Notes under the pieces: model-generated | What the model was told of the DNA's origin: nothing | Databases searched by the model: none | What the model saw: the letters and a program-made list of their open reading frames with translations, nothing else | DNA from: a virus | Lineage: Duplodnaviria > Heunggongvirae > Uroviricota > Caudoviricetes | DNA: 26,612 bases | Strand: one strand, 5' to 3' | IMG/VR virus record: IMGVR_UViG_2541047923_000008 | Shown here: in pieces, positions 1 to 14,348 of the stretch | Layout: every line of letters begins with the position of its first letter | Position numbering within the stretch: position 1 is the first letter of the stretch | Translations under genes and position numbers: made by a program

Positions 1-423
1 TCAGCTCACCGTCGAACACTTTCCCGCAGAAACAGGCTCTGCAGGCCCGGCGTCATCTGCCTGGTCAGGGGCATCATTCACCACAAACTCATACATACCG
101 GACAGCCGGTACACCACGTTTTCAGCATGAGAAATTGCCTCCGCGGGCCAGGTGGTAAGCACTTCCTGCTCAATCTGTTTAACGGCTTCATTCATGGACG
201 GCTGCTTTGTCTTCTGTGGATGGTTATGCCACAGGGACATCGCCACCACAAAAGCACCGGTTCTGATGGCGTCTTCCACAGTAAACTTCCGGTTGCTGTC
301 TGACTCCGCCTGTTCTGCCTGCCGTTTCATCAGGGCGAGATGCTCAATACGCTGCAGGGCTGACAGTTCAGAAAGCGTGACGGTCACGCCGTTATGTTCA
401 AATGATTCGGTTTTCAGGAACAT
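1..423 (-). CDS. G: Tail assembly chaperone gpG (lambda G), complete; stop codon at positions 1-3
   Basis: 140-aa ORF; translation (MFLKTESFEHNGVTVTLSEL...KCSTVS) matches my memory of lambda gpG almost residue-for-residue; position downstream of V as in lambda. Confidence 0.9.
   Translation of the reverse strand: MFLKTESFEHNGVTVTLSELSALQRIEHLALMKRQAEQAESDSNRKFTVEDAIRTGAFVVAMSLWHNHPQKTKQPSMNEAVKQIEQEVLTTWPAEAISHAENVVYRLSGMYEFVVNDAPDQADDAGPAEPVSAGKCSTVS
18..30 (-). other. Candidate -1 programmed frameshift slippery heptamer (GGGAAAG) for the gpG-T fusion; the T frame continues beyond the window start
   Basis: Reverse complement of about 21-27 reads GGGAAAG a few codons before the G stop, the same heptamer and placement as the lambda G-T frameshift site. 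Confidence 0.6.
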
Positions 424-438
424 CGCTGATTCTCCGGA

Positions 439-1179
439 TTAACTGGCGGTGACGTTGATTTCTGCAACCGCAGCAAACTCACCATTACCGGATACGACCG
501 GAATGTTGACCTTGCCTGCAGCAACACCTTTCACGGTGATGGTCATACCACTGACCGACACGGTGGCTTTTGTTTTATCCGCAGACACCGCACGGAAGCT
601 CTTGTCGGTTGCGCCTTCCGGCTGGAATGCCACGGTCAGCGTCGTGCTCTGCCCTTTAACCACCGAGGTGCTGGCAGGCGTCACGGTCATGCCGGTTGCC
701 GCTGTTACCGTGCTGCGATCTTCTGCCATTGACGGACGGCCCACATTGGTGACCTTCACCGTACGGGTGATCACTTCCTTCGCTGTCACCGCCTTACCGA
801 TGCTGCTGACCCAGCCGCGGAACACATCGACCGTGCCGTTCGGGAAGCGGATTTTATAGGCACGGGTATCACCTTCATTAAACCACGCCAGCAGCGCCTG
901 CTGCCCCTGCTCTCCGGGCATCCACGCCAGCGTGAAGCTGGTATCTCCGGCTGATTTCTGCCCCTGTCCGGTCGCAGTCCAGTCCGCATCTTCATCATCG
1001 AGATAGCTGTCGTCATAGGACTCAGCGGTCAGTTCGCCGGGCGTCAGGTCTTTAACCTTTGCCAGACGCGACCAGTCAACGTCTGAAAGCGGGTTTGCGT
1101 AAGGGTCGCCGCTCCCGTTATAAACCCACAGTGTGGTCCCGGCCCCTTTCACCGGTGCCAGAGGATTTGGTGTTGGCAT
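439..1179 (-). CDS. V: Major tail tube protein gpV
   Basis: ORF 439..1209; from the internal Met ([20 protein letters not shown]...) the protein matches lambda gpV including the C-terminal Ig-like region; start placed at 1179 by alignment to lambda V. Confidence 0.88.
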   Translation of the reverse strand: MPTPNPLAPVKGAGTTLWVYNGSGDPYANPLSDVDWSRLAKVKDLTPGELTAESYDDSYLDDEDADWTATGQGQKSAGDTSFTLAWMPGEQGQQALLAWFNEGDTRAYKIRFPNGTVDVFRGWVSSIGKAVTAKEVITRTVKVTNVGRPSMAEDRSTVTAATGMTVTPASTSVVKGQSTTLTVAFQPEGATDKSFRAVSADKTKATVSVSGMTITVKGVAAGKVNIPVVSGNGEFAAVAEINVTAS

Positions 1180-1186
1180 ATCGTCC

Positions 1187-1582
1187 TCACATTTCATAGG
1201 TAATGACATAAGTCAGATCGGCTGAACTCCACAGGCCCGCATCATCGTCGCGCCGGTAGTCATAGCCACTGGCCACCATACTGGTGATCAAATCTGACAG
1301 TGCCGGGATATCGCTCATCACCGGATAAATCCGGGACTCCATCCACGCATCCAGCTCTGAATCCGGCACATGAGCAGGCAGGAAAACTTCGATATGCAGC
1401 TCCGCCTGCCAGGTATCGCTGTCCAGCTCTTCGCCCGTGTATTCAGCGCCGGTGAGATAAACGGCAACTGCCGGAAAATCCGCCTCATCAAAAACAGCGG
1501 GGCGACCATCAAAAAACGTCGCCCCGGTGTCATGCCTCTCCAGTGCATCCAGTACGGCTGCACGGATATCAGTATGTTTCAT
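1187..1582 (-). CDS. U: Tail terminator protein gpU
   Basis: 131-aa [29 protein letters not shown]... matches lambda gpU; gene order Z-U-V conserved. Confidence 0.9.
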   Translation of the reverse strand: MKHTDIRAAVLDALERHDTGATFFDGRPAVFDEADFPAVAVYLTGAEYTGEELDSDTWQAELHIEVFLPAHVPDSELDAWMESRIYPVMSDIPALSDLITSMVASGYDYRRDDDAGLWSSADLTYVITYEM

Positions 1583-2157
1583 CGCTTTATTACCATCCTA
1601 AGTTGATGCTGCAGCGCATAGCCCAGCTCTTTCGGAAGACGTTCACGCCGTATCTGCTCAATATTCTGTTTAAACGCCGTGGTCAGCGGCACCGCCATCG
1701 GGATTTTCACCACATCAATGGGGTAACGGTTTTTCCCGGCCACACGCTGCATGACATGCCACCGGCCATTTTTCAGTTGCTGAATAAACGCGCCGGGAAT
1801 ACGACGGTTTCCCACCACAAGCACGCTGCCGCCACCTTTCAGGGATGAACGCTGCCCCTTTTTACGACGCCTGCGTCGGGACAGGACAACCCGCGCGTTA
1901 CCCAGCTTTATTACGGGCAAATCCCCCCGGTTAACCTTGATTCTGGCCTGCGGATTTTTGACCGTGGCCCTTTTCAGCCTGGCCCTTTCCTTTACCAGTT
2001 TCCGGCGTACCTTTGTCTCACGGGCAACCAGTGACGCCGACTGCGATATCGCGGATGAAGCAACGCGGTTAATGGCCATTGCGGCGGCACCGGGCACCGC
2101 CGTTCTGCTGATACGGCTGAGGTTTTCAACGGCCTGCTCAAGACCTTTTATGGCCAT
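1579..2157 (-). CDS. Z: Tail completion protein gpZ
   Basis: 192-aa ORF MAIKGLEQAVENLSRISRTAVPGAAAMAINRV... matches lambda gpZ; 4-nt overlap with U. Confidence 0.9.
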   Translation of the reverse strand: MAIKGLEQAVENLSRISRTAVPGAAAMAINRVASSAISQSASLVARETKVRRKLVKERARLKRATVKNPQARIKVNRGDLPVIKLGNARVVLSRRRRRKKGQRSSLKGGGSVLVVGNRRIPGAFIQQLKNGRWHVMQRVAGKNRYPIDVVKIPMAVPLTTAFKQNIEQIRRERLPKELGYALQHQLRMVIKR

Positions 2158-2168
2158 ACATCCCCCTT

Positions 2169-2522
2169 TCAGCGGCGACGGTTAACGGCAGGCGGTACGC
2201 CCCGACCAAGCCAGAGATGACAGCTTCCGCCATCATCCGGCGAAATCCGGTCTATCCAGAAGTTTTCCTCACCGATGATCAGCGTGTCGCCGCGCCGCAG
2301 CTGCCGCACATCATCAGTCCGGACAAACAGGGACGGGCTGGAGCCTTCAACGCGCACGCCCTGTCCGGCATAGCTGATATTTTCAGGGTCATCAAAAACA
2401 CCACGTATCACAGCACCGGACTGCTCACCGGATGTCATGGTGGCTGACGTTCCCATGTACCCGCGTATCGTTTCATCGGCGCAGGCAATGGCAGCATCGA
2501 ACAGGTTATCGAAATCAGCCAC
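2169..2522 (-). CDS. FII: Head-tail joining protein gpFII
   Basis: 117-aa ORF MADFDNLFDAAIACADETIRGYMGTSATMTSGEQ... matches lambda gpFII. Confidence 0.9.
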   Translation of the reverse strand: MADFDNLFDAAIACADETIRGYMGTSATMTSGEQSGAVIRGVFDDPENISYAGQGVRVEGSSPSLFVRTDDVRQLRRGDTLIIGEENFWIDRISPDDGGSCHLWLGRGVPPAVNRRR

Positions 2523-2533
2523 AGCGCCTCCCG

Positions 2534-2929
2534 TTATTGCATTCTGGCCAGGCCGCGCTCTGTCATTTCAGCTGCCACACCGGCAGAGACACGGAACGCC
2601 GTTCCCGGCAGCACAAATGCCACAGCCTCATCCCGCGTGGCGTGAAGTGCATCAGTATGCAGCGTCACCAGTGCCACAACCGTGACCAGATCAGCCGTAT
2701 CAGTCACGGTATCCGGCTGCGCTGATACAACCTCATTTTCATGTCCGGTCAGCACATTTTCCGGGCTGAGAGGGGTATCCTGACCGGCAGTGTCGCCCGT
2801 GTCATCAAGCTCTTCTTCCAGCTCTGCCACACGGAGCGCCAGTTCTTCTTTCGTCCCCGTCAGGCTGATATCACGGTTCAGTTGTTCACCCAGCGAGCGG
2901 AGACGGGCAATCAGTTCATCTTTCGTCAT
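2534..2929 (-). CDS. FI: DNA packaging/head completion protein gpFI
   Basis: ORF 2534..2968; from the internal Met (MTKDELIARLRSLGEQLNRD...) it matches lambda gpFI; GGAGGAG Shine-Dalgarno just upstream of the ATG at 2927-2929. Confidence 0.85.
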   Translation of the reverse strand: MTKDELIARLRSLGEQLNRDISLTGTKEELALRVAELEEELDDTGDTAGQDTPLSPENVLTGHENEVVSAQPDTVTDTADLVTVVALVTLHTDALHATRDEAVAFVLPGTAFRVSAGVAAEMTERGLARMQ

Positions 2930-2950
2930 GGACTCCTCCACAGAGAGAAA

Positions 2951-2968
2951 ATGGCCCCGAAGGGCCAT
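2951..2968 (-). terminator. GC-rich hairpin (ATGGCCC-CGAA-GGGCCAT) between E stop and FI start; possible attenuator or mRNA-stability element
   Basis: Perfect 7-bp stem with a tetraloop; on the minus strand it is followed by a U-rich run (TTTCTCTCT). Confidence 0.3.
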
Positions 2969-2970
2969 GA

Positions 2971-3996
2971 TTACGCCAGTTGTACGGACACGAACGCATC
3001 AGGGTCAGCCAGCAGCATCAGCGGTGCTGACTGAATCATGGTGAACTCACGCGCCGGATCGCCGGTGGTCACCCAGTTTTTCGGGTAGCGGGCAGAGGCG
3101 TTAATACCTTCGCGCTGTGCGTCCGCATCCTGAATGCAGCCATAGGTGCGCAGACCGCGTGCCTGAGTGTTCCCCAGCACCATCGTGTTGTCCGGCAGGA
3201 AGTTCTTTTTGACGTCGTTTTCCACGTACTGTCCGGAATACACGACGATCGCCGTATCGCCATACATCCCCTTATAGGACACCGCTTCGCCCAGGTCTTT
3301 TACCGCTGTCTCCAGCTCGGAATTAGAGCCGCGACGGGTATCCAGCTTCTCCTTGACGGCTTTGAAGGAACGGAACAGCGCCCAGCCTTTCGGATCAAAC
3401 ACGATGATATTCACCACGCCGCTGGCGTTCAGCGCGTAGGCTTCGATATCGTCGGTCGGGTCATACGTGGACTTGTCACGCTTGCTCCACTCCGTACCAC
3501 CGGACTGTGTGATGTTGTTCGCCGCACTGCGGCCCATATCCACTTCAACCGGATCGAAGGCTTCACCGGTCATGGTGTATTTGCCCTTAAGCACGGCAGA
3601 AACTGCCTGCATCTCTTCGACCTGAGCAATGGCCAGCTCTTCGTCTCGCATGTTCTGCATGATGATGCGACGGCGGCGGTAAGCCGGGTCCGCCAGATTC
3701 TGTGGATCTTCATCCGGCAGGCGACGCAGGGTCATCTGCGGATTCACCTCATGCTTGGGTTTGACATATCCCGGTGTAAATTCAGAGGTGGAGCCGCCAC
3801 GGGATCGGATAACCTCACCGGAAACAATCGGCGAAACGTACAGCGCCATGTTTACCAGTCCCGGAATTTGTGAGAGATAGACTTTCTCCGTGGTGAAGGG
3901 ATAGCTCTCACGGAAAAAGAGACGCAGAAACAGCGGATCAAACTTAAATTTCTTCTCATTTGCCGCCAGCAGCTGGGCGGTTGTGTACATCGACAT
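2971..3996 (-). CDS. E: Major capsid protein gpE
   Basis: 341-aa ORF MSMYTTAQLLAANEKKFKFDPLFLRLFF... matches lambda gpE in length and sequence. Confidence 0.95.
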   Translation of the reverse strand: MSMYTTAQLLAANEKKFKFDPLFLRLFFRESYPFTTEKVYLSQIPGLVNMALYVSPIVSGEVIRSRGGSTSEFTPGYVKPKHEVNPQMTLRRLPDEDPQNLADPAYRRRRIIMQNMRDEELAIAQVEEMQAVSAVLKGKYTMTGEAFDPVEVDMGRSAANNITQSGGTEWSKRDKSTYDPTDDIEAYALNASGVVNIIVFDPKGWALFRSFKAVKEKLDTRRGSNSELETAVKDLGEAVSYKGMYGDTAIVVYSGQYVENDVKKNFLPDNTMVLGNTQARGLRTYGCIQDADAQREGINASARYPKNWVTTGDPAREFTMIQSAPLMLLADPDAFVSVQLA

Positions 3997-4050
3997 AAAA
4001 AAATCCCGTAAAAAAGCCGCACAGGCGGCCTTTAGTGATGAAGGGTAAGG

Positions 4051-4383
4051 TTAAACGATGCTGATTGCCGTTCCGGCAAACGCGGTCCGTTTTTTCGTCT
4101 CGTCGCTGGCAGCCTCCGGCCAGAGCACATCCTCATAACGGAACGTGCCTGACTTGTAGAACGTCAGCGTGGTGCTGGTCTGGTCAGCATCAACCGCCAG
4201 AATGCCAACGGCAGCACCGTCGGTAGTGCCATCCCACGCAACCAGCTTACGGGTGGAGGTGTCCAGCATCAGCGGGGTCATTGCAGGCGCTTTCGCACTC
4301 AATCCGCCGGGCGCGGTTGCCGTATGTGCCGGGTCACTGTTGCCCAGCGGCTGGTAATGGGTAAAGGTTTCTTTGCTCGTCAT
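4051..4383 (-). CDS. D: Head decoration protein gpD
   Basis: ORF 4051..4389; from [27 protein letters not shown]... it matches lambda gpD (110 aa). Confidence 0.9.
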   Translation of the reverse strand: MTSKETFTHYQPLGNSDPAHTATAPGGLSAKAPAMTPLMLDTSTRKLVAWDGTTDGAAVGILAVDADQTSTTLTFYKSGTFRYEDVLWPEAASDETKKRTAFAGTAISIV

Positions 4384-4392
4384 AAACATCCC

Positions 4393-4998
4393 TTACACTG
4401 GTGTGTTCAGCAAATCGTTAACGGCATCAGATGCCGGGTTACCTGCAGCCAGCGGAGCCGGTGCCCCCTGCATCAGACGATCCAGCGCAGTGTCACTGCG
4501 CGCCTGTGCACTCTGTGGTGCTGCGGCCAGAATGCGGCGGGCCGTTTCCACGGTCATACCGGGGGTTTCTGCCAGAACGCGCGCCTGTTCTTCGCGTCCG
4601 TGAGCCTCCTCACAGTTGAGGATCCCCATAATGCGGCTGTTTTCTGCCGCAACCGCTGCGGTGATCTGCGCGTTCACGTCCGGTTGCGCCGCGCTGGCGT
4701 TTTCGCCCTCCGTCGCTGGCACCACGTCAGTAACGTCAGCCTGCGAAGCAGTGGCTGAAACAGTTGTTGATTGAGTCTCTTTGGTCATTCGCCCTCCTGA
4801 GAGACGGGATTTACGTGCATCCAGTGCATCACGCATAACGGTGATCGCATCGGTGCTGTTGACAAGTTCATCAGCCAGTCCGGCATCAATGGCCTCCTGA
4901 CCGCTGTACACTGCAGCCTCGGTATCCAGCACAGCCTGCACGGACAGGCCGGTATATGCCGACACCTTCTGCGCAAACATCTGGCGGGTTGCATCCAT
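4393..4998 (-). CDS. Nu3: Scaffolding protein Nu3, in-frame C-terminal portion of the C reading frame
   Basis: In lambda, Nu3 is the last 201 codons of C translated from an internal start; the corresponding internal Met (MDATRQMFAQKVSAY...) is present here. Confidence 0.6.
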   Translation of the reverse strand: MDATRQMFAQKVSAYTGLSVQAVLDTEAAVYSGQEAIDAGLADELVNSTDAITVMRDALDARKSRLSGGRMTKETQSTTVSATASQADVTDVVPATEGENASAAQPDVNAQITAAVAAENSRIMGILNCEEAHGREEQARVLAETPGMTVETARRILAAAPQSAQARSDTALDRLMQGAPAPLAAGNPASDAVNDLLNTPV

Positions 4999-5692
4999 CC
5001 GGGACTGCAGTGTCTCCCGGACGTCATCCGGAAGATGGCTGTAGGGGTTGCCATCCACCTTATGGCTGCCGCTGTAAATCAGCGTGATTTCCACGCCCTG
5101 TTTCTCCAGCGCAGCACCGTAATTACTGTGAGCCATCATGACGCCGATGGAGCCTGTCCGGGCGGTCTGCGTGACCAGACGCCGGGAGGCGGCGCTGGCA
5201 AGCAGCTGCCCTGCACTGCAGTTCATGTCATTGGCCAGCGCCCATACCGGCTTTATGTCACGCACACGGGCGATGATGTCAGCGCAGTCAAATGCCCCTG
5301 CCACCATTCCGCCGGGCGTGTCCATATCGAGCAGAATGCCGTCCACCATCGGGTCGCTGGCAGCCTGTTGCAGACGGGCGATAATGCCGTTGTAACCGGT
5401 CATTCCCGAATACGGCTGCAGCGCCCGCGTCCGGCTGACCAGCGTGCCGGACACCGGCAGCACGGCGATGCCGTTCATGACCTGATAACTGCGGGTCTGT
5501 CGTGGGCCGTCATCATCACCGGATAATGCCAGCGTCGCGAGTGCCTCCTGGGCAGTCAGGCTGTCGCCGGACACCGCATCCGTCAGGCGGCTGATCCCAA
5601 GCTGGCCTGCAAGCGCACAAAAGAAAACCCGCGCATAGGCGGGTTCAAGCATCAGCGGCTCATTAAAGGCCATGCTGGCAATATGCGGGAGA

Positions 5693-5712
<20 letters not shown>
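4393..5712 (-). CDS. C: Head maturation protease/scaffold gpC (S49 ClpP-like family)
   Basis: ORF 4393..5847; matches lambda gpC from VTAELRNLPHIASMAFNEPLMLEP...; a GTG start at 5710-5712 gives the lambda-sized 439-aa product overlapping B. Confidence 0.88.
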
Positions 5713-9393
<3,681 letters not shown>

Positions 9394-9419
<26 letters not shown>

Positions 9420-9939
9420 TCAGCAACCCCGGTATCAGTTCATCCAGCGCGGCTGCTTTGTTCATGGCTTTGATGATATCCCGTTTCAGGAAATCAATAT
9501 GCCGGTTATCCAGCTCAGGAAAACGTCGCTGCACCGACAGAGGAATACCGTCGAGAATACTGGATATTTCCCTTGCTATACGCGACAGCACGAAAGTACA
9601 GAATGCGGTTTCCACCACTTCAGCCGATTCTTTGGCATTTTTCAGTTCCTGCGCCGTCGCCTGAGCACGGGTCAGGCGATGGCGCTCAAATTCAAGTGTT
9701 CCGGGGTGAAGATCTGCCTCGCTGGCCAGCCGCAGTTCTTCAACCTCCCGGCGCAGCTTTTCGTTCTCAATTTCAGCATCCCTTTCGGCATACCATTTTA
9801 TGACGGCGGCAGAATCATAAAGCACCTCATTACCCTTGCCACCGCCTCGCAGAACGGGCATTCCCTGCTCCTGCCAGTTCTGAATGGTACGGATACTCGC
9901 ACCGAAAATATCAGCCAGCTGCTTTTTGTTGACTTCCAT
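9394..9939 (-). CDS. Nu1: Terminase small subunit gpNu1
   Basis: 181-aa ORF MEVNKKQLADIFGASIRTIQNWQEQGMPVLRGGGKGNEVLYD... matches lambda Nu1 with its N-terminal winged-helix cosB-binding region. Confidence 0.95.
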
Positions 9940-10185
9940 TGTTCATTCCACGGACAAAAACAGAGAAAGGAAACGACAGAGGCCAAAAAGCCCGTTTTCA
10001 GCACCTGTCGTTTCCTTTCTTTTCAGGGGGTGTTTTAAATAAAAACATTAGGTTACGGCGAAGAAGAACGGAAACGCCTTAAACCGGAAAATTTTCATAA
10101 ATAGTGAAAAACCGCGAGGTCGCCGCCCCGTAACCTGTCGGATCGCCGGAAAGGACCCGAAAAATGATAATAATTATCATCTACA
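9940..10185. other. cos packaging site (cosB - cosN - cosQ); the 12-nt cohesive-end sequence maps to about 10117-10128
   Basis: Reverse complement of about 10081-10128 reads GGGGCGGCGACCTCGCGGTTTTTCACTATTTATGAAAATTTTCCGGTTT, nearly identical to the lambda left end; flanked on the other side by the lambda right-end sequence (CGGGTCCTTTCCGGCGATCCGACAGGTTACG). Confidence 0.85.
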
Positions 10186-10327
10186 TATCACAACGTGCGT
10201 GTACGCCATCAAACCACGTCAAATAATCAATTATGACGCAGGTATCGTATTAATTGATCCGCATCAACTTAACGTAAAAACAACTTCAGACAATACAAAT
10301 CAGCAACACAGAATACGGGACAACCTC

Positions 10328-10522
10328 ATGTCAACGAAGAACAGAACCCGCAGAACAACAACCCGCAACATCCGCTTTCCTAACCAAATGATTGAACAAA
10401 TTAACATCGCTCTTGATCAAAAAGGGTCCGGGAATTTCTCAGCCTGGGTCATTGAAGCCTGCCGTCGGAGACTAACGTCAGAAAAGAGAGCATATACATC
10501 AATCAAAAGTGATGAAGAATGA
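10328..10522 (+). CDS. Small basic protein of unknown function, possibly a small DNA-binding fold
   Basis: ORF 10199..10522; likely start at the internal ATG at 10328 (MSTKNRTRRTTTRNIRFPNQMIEQINIALDQKGSG...); AT-rich moron region between cos and the lysis genes, opposite strand to the structural genes. Confidence 0.4.
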   Translation: MSTKNRTRRTTTRNIRFPNQMIEQINIALDQKGSGNFSAWVIEACRRRLTSEKRAYTSIKSDEE

Positions 10523-10772
10523 ATATCCCGGTTTCTTTACCTCCCCTCCCACCCCGCACAGGACTGGCGAGCGTGTGGGACAAATATGTGAGTCATAAAC
10601 GCCTTATCCTCAGAAATGCAGTTGGCATCCGAACAGGACGATATTGTAAATTCACCTAATTACGAGGCATTGCAGTAGTTGAATTGTAGTTCTGTATTAG
10701 CCTGACAGTGACAGAATGCGATATTGACTCTGTCACAGGTGAAATAGTTTGAATGGTTAGCAGTTATGGTGA

Positions 10773-10979
10773 TCAGTCAACCACCAAGGAATAATCCTTC
10801 GAATTCTTATCGTGCTTCACCAACGCTGCCTCAATTGCCCTGAATGCTTCCAGAGACACTTGATGTTCTATACATGCAATTACAACATCCGGGTAACCCA
10901 TCGAAATGGTGCTATTAAGCATAGTTTTTACACGAACCTGCTCCTGGGAGGGGGCATCAGTGTATTGATCTTTATGCAT
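10773..10979 (-). CDS. Hypothetical small prophage protein
   Basis: 68-aa ORF with a GGAG Shine-Dalgarno 5-6 nt upstream of the ATG; no family recognised. Confidence 0.45.
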   Translation of the reverse strand: MHKDQYTDAPSQEQVRVKTMLNSTISMGYPDVVIACIEHQVSLEAFRAIEAALVKHDKNSKDYSLVVD

Positions 10980-11274
10980 TTTGTCGCTCCATGCGTTTGC
11001 TCTTCACTTGCGGCTAAAAATATAACGTCAAATCACTCAGCATGAAAGAGTGAAAGTTTCAGCGCGTTTCCCTTACATAATCTGTCATTTGTATTCTCTT
11101 CAGGTATACCGGAAAGACTAGGTATTGTCACACAACCAATACCATCGACAATCGAGATTTATATCTATTCGGTAATGTTTAAATATAACAAAACCCCGTA
11201 AAAACGAGGTTTATGGGTAATTTGTATTGTTGAATAGCATCTGATGAGAAATTGATGCTAATACTATAAACATA

Positions 11275-11448
11275 CTAGATTAAATCAATCTTGATATCAT
11301 AGCTTTCAAGACCAGTCATTTTTTCCCGTGCAGTAAACTGGATACTGGTAACTTCTTTCCCGGTCTTTTTCTTAAGCTCAATGATTTTTTTTGTTATATA
11401 TTCAGAAATATCTGCTTCTGTTTTTGTTTTTAACTCTTCAATGTTCAT
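11275..11448 (-). CDS. GnsB-like small protein
   Basis: C-terminal 57 aa (MNIEELKTKTEADISEYITKKIIELKKKTGKEVTSIQFTAREKMTGLESYDIKIDLI) resembles E. coli GnsA/GnsB as I recall them; the ORF-track N-terminal extension is probably not translated. Confidence 0.6.
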   Translation of the reverse strand: MNIEELKTKTEADISEYITKKIIELKKKTGKEVTSIQFTAREKMTGLESYDIKIDLI

Positions 11449-11620
11449 CATTTCCTCTTTTAGTCTGTTATGACTGTCCTGGTACACAGTAGTGTCAATT
11501 ATATGGAGCAAACGTATAAAAGATAAGATGAAACATCGCAATAATCAACATACGACGGTCTAAATTTCACACAAACAGATAAAGATGATTATCATTTATT
11601 ATCAATGCATTAGAATCAAA

Positions 11621-11890
11621 TCAATTCAAGAGTCTCATTGCTGCTTCCAGAATTTCTTCTGAAGTTACATGTCGATCCGCTGCTACATAAATGACTTTAT
11701 GATCTCCGGTCAGAGATGGAAACCCTGCAGCCATTACAGTGAGGTGTGTTGTTTCGCCATTTGGATATTCACGCATGATGGTGTTAACTCCGGTCATCAC
11801 TGGCACTACCATTGCTGGTTCAGAGTTAAAAAAAACTATTATTTTTTTCATAATGTTACCGTAATATGTGAGTATCCATCGACTAGACAC
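11621..11890 (-). CDS. Hypothetical small prophage protein (start uncertain, possibly the internal Met at about 11851)
   Basis: 89-aa ORF, AT-rich, no recognisable family. Confidence 0.4.
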   Translation of the reverse strand: MSSRWILTYYGNIMKKIIVFFNSEPAMVVPVMTGVNTIMREYPNGETTHLTVMAAGFPSLTGDHKVIYVAADRHVTSEEILEAAMRLLN

Positions 11891-11892
11891 TA

Positions 11893-11916
11893 AGCAAAAA
11901 AGCTCCCGAAGGAGCC
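11893..11916 (-). terminator. Rho-independent terminator (GCTCC-TTCG-GGAGC followed by a T-tract on the minus strand)
   Basis: Perfect 5-bp GC stem with tetraloop, followed on the minus strand by TTTTTTGC; downstream of the csp gene. Confidence 0.55.
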
Positions 11917-12122
11917 TTCATTTTCACTTTCTTAAATCTAACGACAGATGGCTAACATTTAAGTATTGTGAAATATTATCAAATGTAATCATCATTGATT
12001 TACAAAAGATACATTTTGCCCCGAAAGGATTTCTGTCAGAAACATCAAAAGATGATGTTCTATACTGAGAACCATGGCAACACGGGCATCTAAAGTGAAT
12101 ATGGTTTGTAATATTTTCTACC

Positions 12123-12335
12123 TCAAAGTGCCACTACATGAACAGCTGCAGGGCCTTTAGGTCCGTTCTCAATACCAAATTCGACTTCCTGATTCTCAGT
12201 TAACGTTTTGAAATCGTTGCTCTGAATAGCTGAGAAATGCACAAACACATCTTTGCTACCATCTTTCGGCGTGATGAAACCAAAACCTTTTTCAGGGTTA
12301 AACCATTTCACTAAACCAGTCATTTTGTTAGACAT
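12123..12335 (-). CDS. Cold-shock protein, CspA family (CspI/CspB-like)
   Basis: [38 protein letters not shown]... contains the RNP1 motif KGFGFI and RNP2-like VFVHF of the cold-shock domain; about 360 nt of non-coding sequence upstream, consistent with the long csp 5' UTR. Confidence 0.85.
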   Translation of the reverse strand: MSNKMTGLVKWFNPEKGFGFITPKDGSKDVFVHFSAIQSNDFKTLTENQEVEFGIENGPKGPAAVHVVAL

Positions 12336-12698
12336 CATTATTACCTTTTGAAGAAGTTAGCCCTTGGGCAGAATGGTCCGAAAAAAAATATCAGAGAGAA
12401 AAACCAACAAGAAAATCTCAAGAGGTACAAATAATAAAATTATAACAATGACTGCTTCAGATAATTTTGTAACAAACCAGAACACCATTAACGCATGATT
12501 AACCAACCATAGCAAGGATTACTTTTGTAAAGAAAAACACACGAATGAAACAATAGCTTTATTTATTAATAAAACGTGTCATTCTGTCTAATGACCTTTT
12601 ATCTTACCCTTAAGATTTCAAGGATTTTGACTCATGGAAGAGTCCTTTTTATTTAAATTTCACATTCAGCGCTAAAAATAATCCGATTTAATATTAAT

Positions 12699-13726
<1,028 letters not shown>

Positions 13727-13839
13727 GGATATTTATCAGGATTTATCGGCTTCAAATCCCCGGATATGTTAAATCTTACCTCACCAGTGATGGGCACTGG
13801 CGGGAGGAGGATGTCAATCTGATAAACACAGAGGTGACT

Positions 13840-14100
13840 ATGGATTACACAAATCTACCAAAACAAACTTTTGCTGATTTAATCGCACTCAGGCAAGCAG
13901 TCGTAGCTCTAATCAACTTGTTGCCGGAGAAGGAAAAGGAATTAGTTAAAGCGCTTCTTAACAGAACTGCCGCCGATTTTTCATCATATCCACTGACAGA
14001 TGACCTTGCGGACCTTCCTGAATTAATTGCAGCGTCCGCCATTAAGCTTACTGAAGAGATTTACCCTCCTCAAAAATCTTCACAAAATTCCTGCGAGTAA
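13840..14100 (+). CDS. Orphan 86-aa protein of unknown function, inside the lysis cassette on the opposite strand
   Basis: ORF 13834..14100; ATG at 13840 preceded by AGAGG (5-nt spacer); followed directly by a strong intrinsic terminator; no recognisable motifs, acidic and helical-looking. Confidence 0.5.
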   Translation: MDYTNLPKQTFADLIALRQAVVALINLLPEKEKELVKALLNRTAADFSSYPLTDDLADLPELIAASAIKLTEEIYPPQKSSQNSCE

Positions 14101-14118
14101 CTTCAATGCAATAATCGT

Positions 14119-14154
14119 AAAACGCCGCAAACTGCTCATCGCGGCGTTTTTTTT
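14119..14154 (+). terminator. Rho-independent terminator (CGCCGC stem, 12-nt loop, T8 tract)
   Basis: AAAACGCCGC-loop-GCGGCGTTTTTTTT immediately after the stop of the 13840..14100 gene. Confidence 0.6.
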
Positions 14155-14348
14155 CATCTTCAGAAGGGATCAGCACCGACAATTTTTTATTCAGATCAGC
14201 GACGCTGCCCTCCAGTTTTTCAATGGGCGATTCAATATCATCTTTTTCTGACCGCAATGCCGTCGGTGGCGTCTTCAGAGAACCAGTAGATGATATGACC
14301 TTTATATACTCACTATAGCATTGGTGGGATATTCCAGAGGAGGTCATC

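Noticed and set aside
14308-14318. ACTCACTATAG, an 11-nt match to the core of the T7 promoter, just upstream of the transposase
   Set aside because: Only the 3' part of the 23-nt T7 consensus is matched (upstream TAATACG is absent); most likely chance, and no T7-like RNA polymerase context
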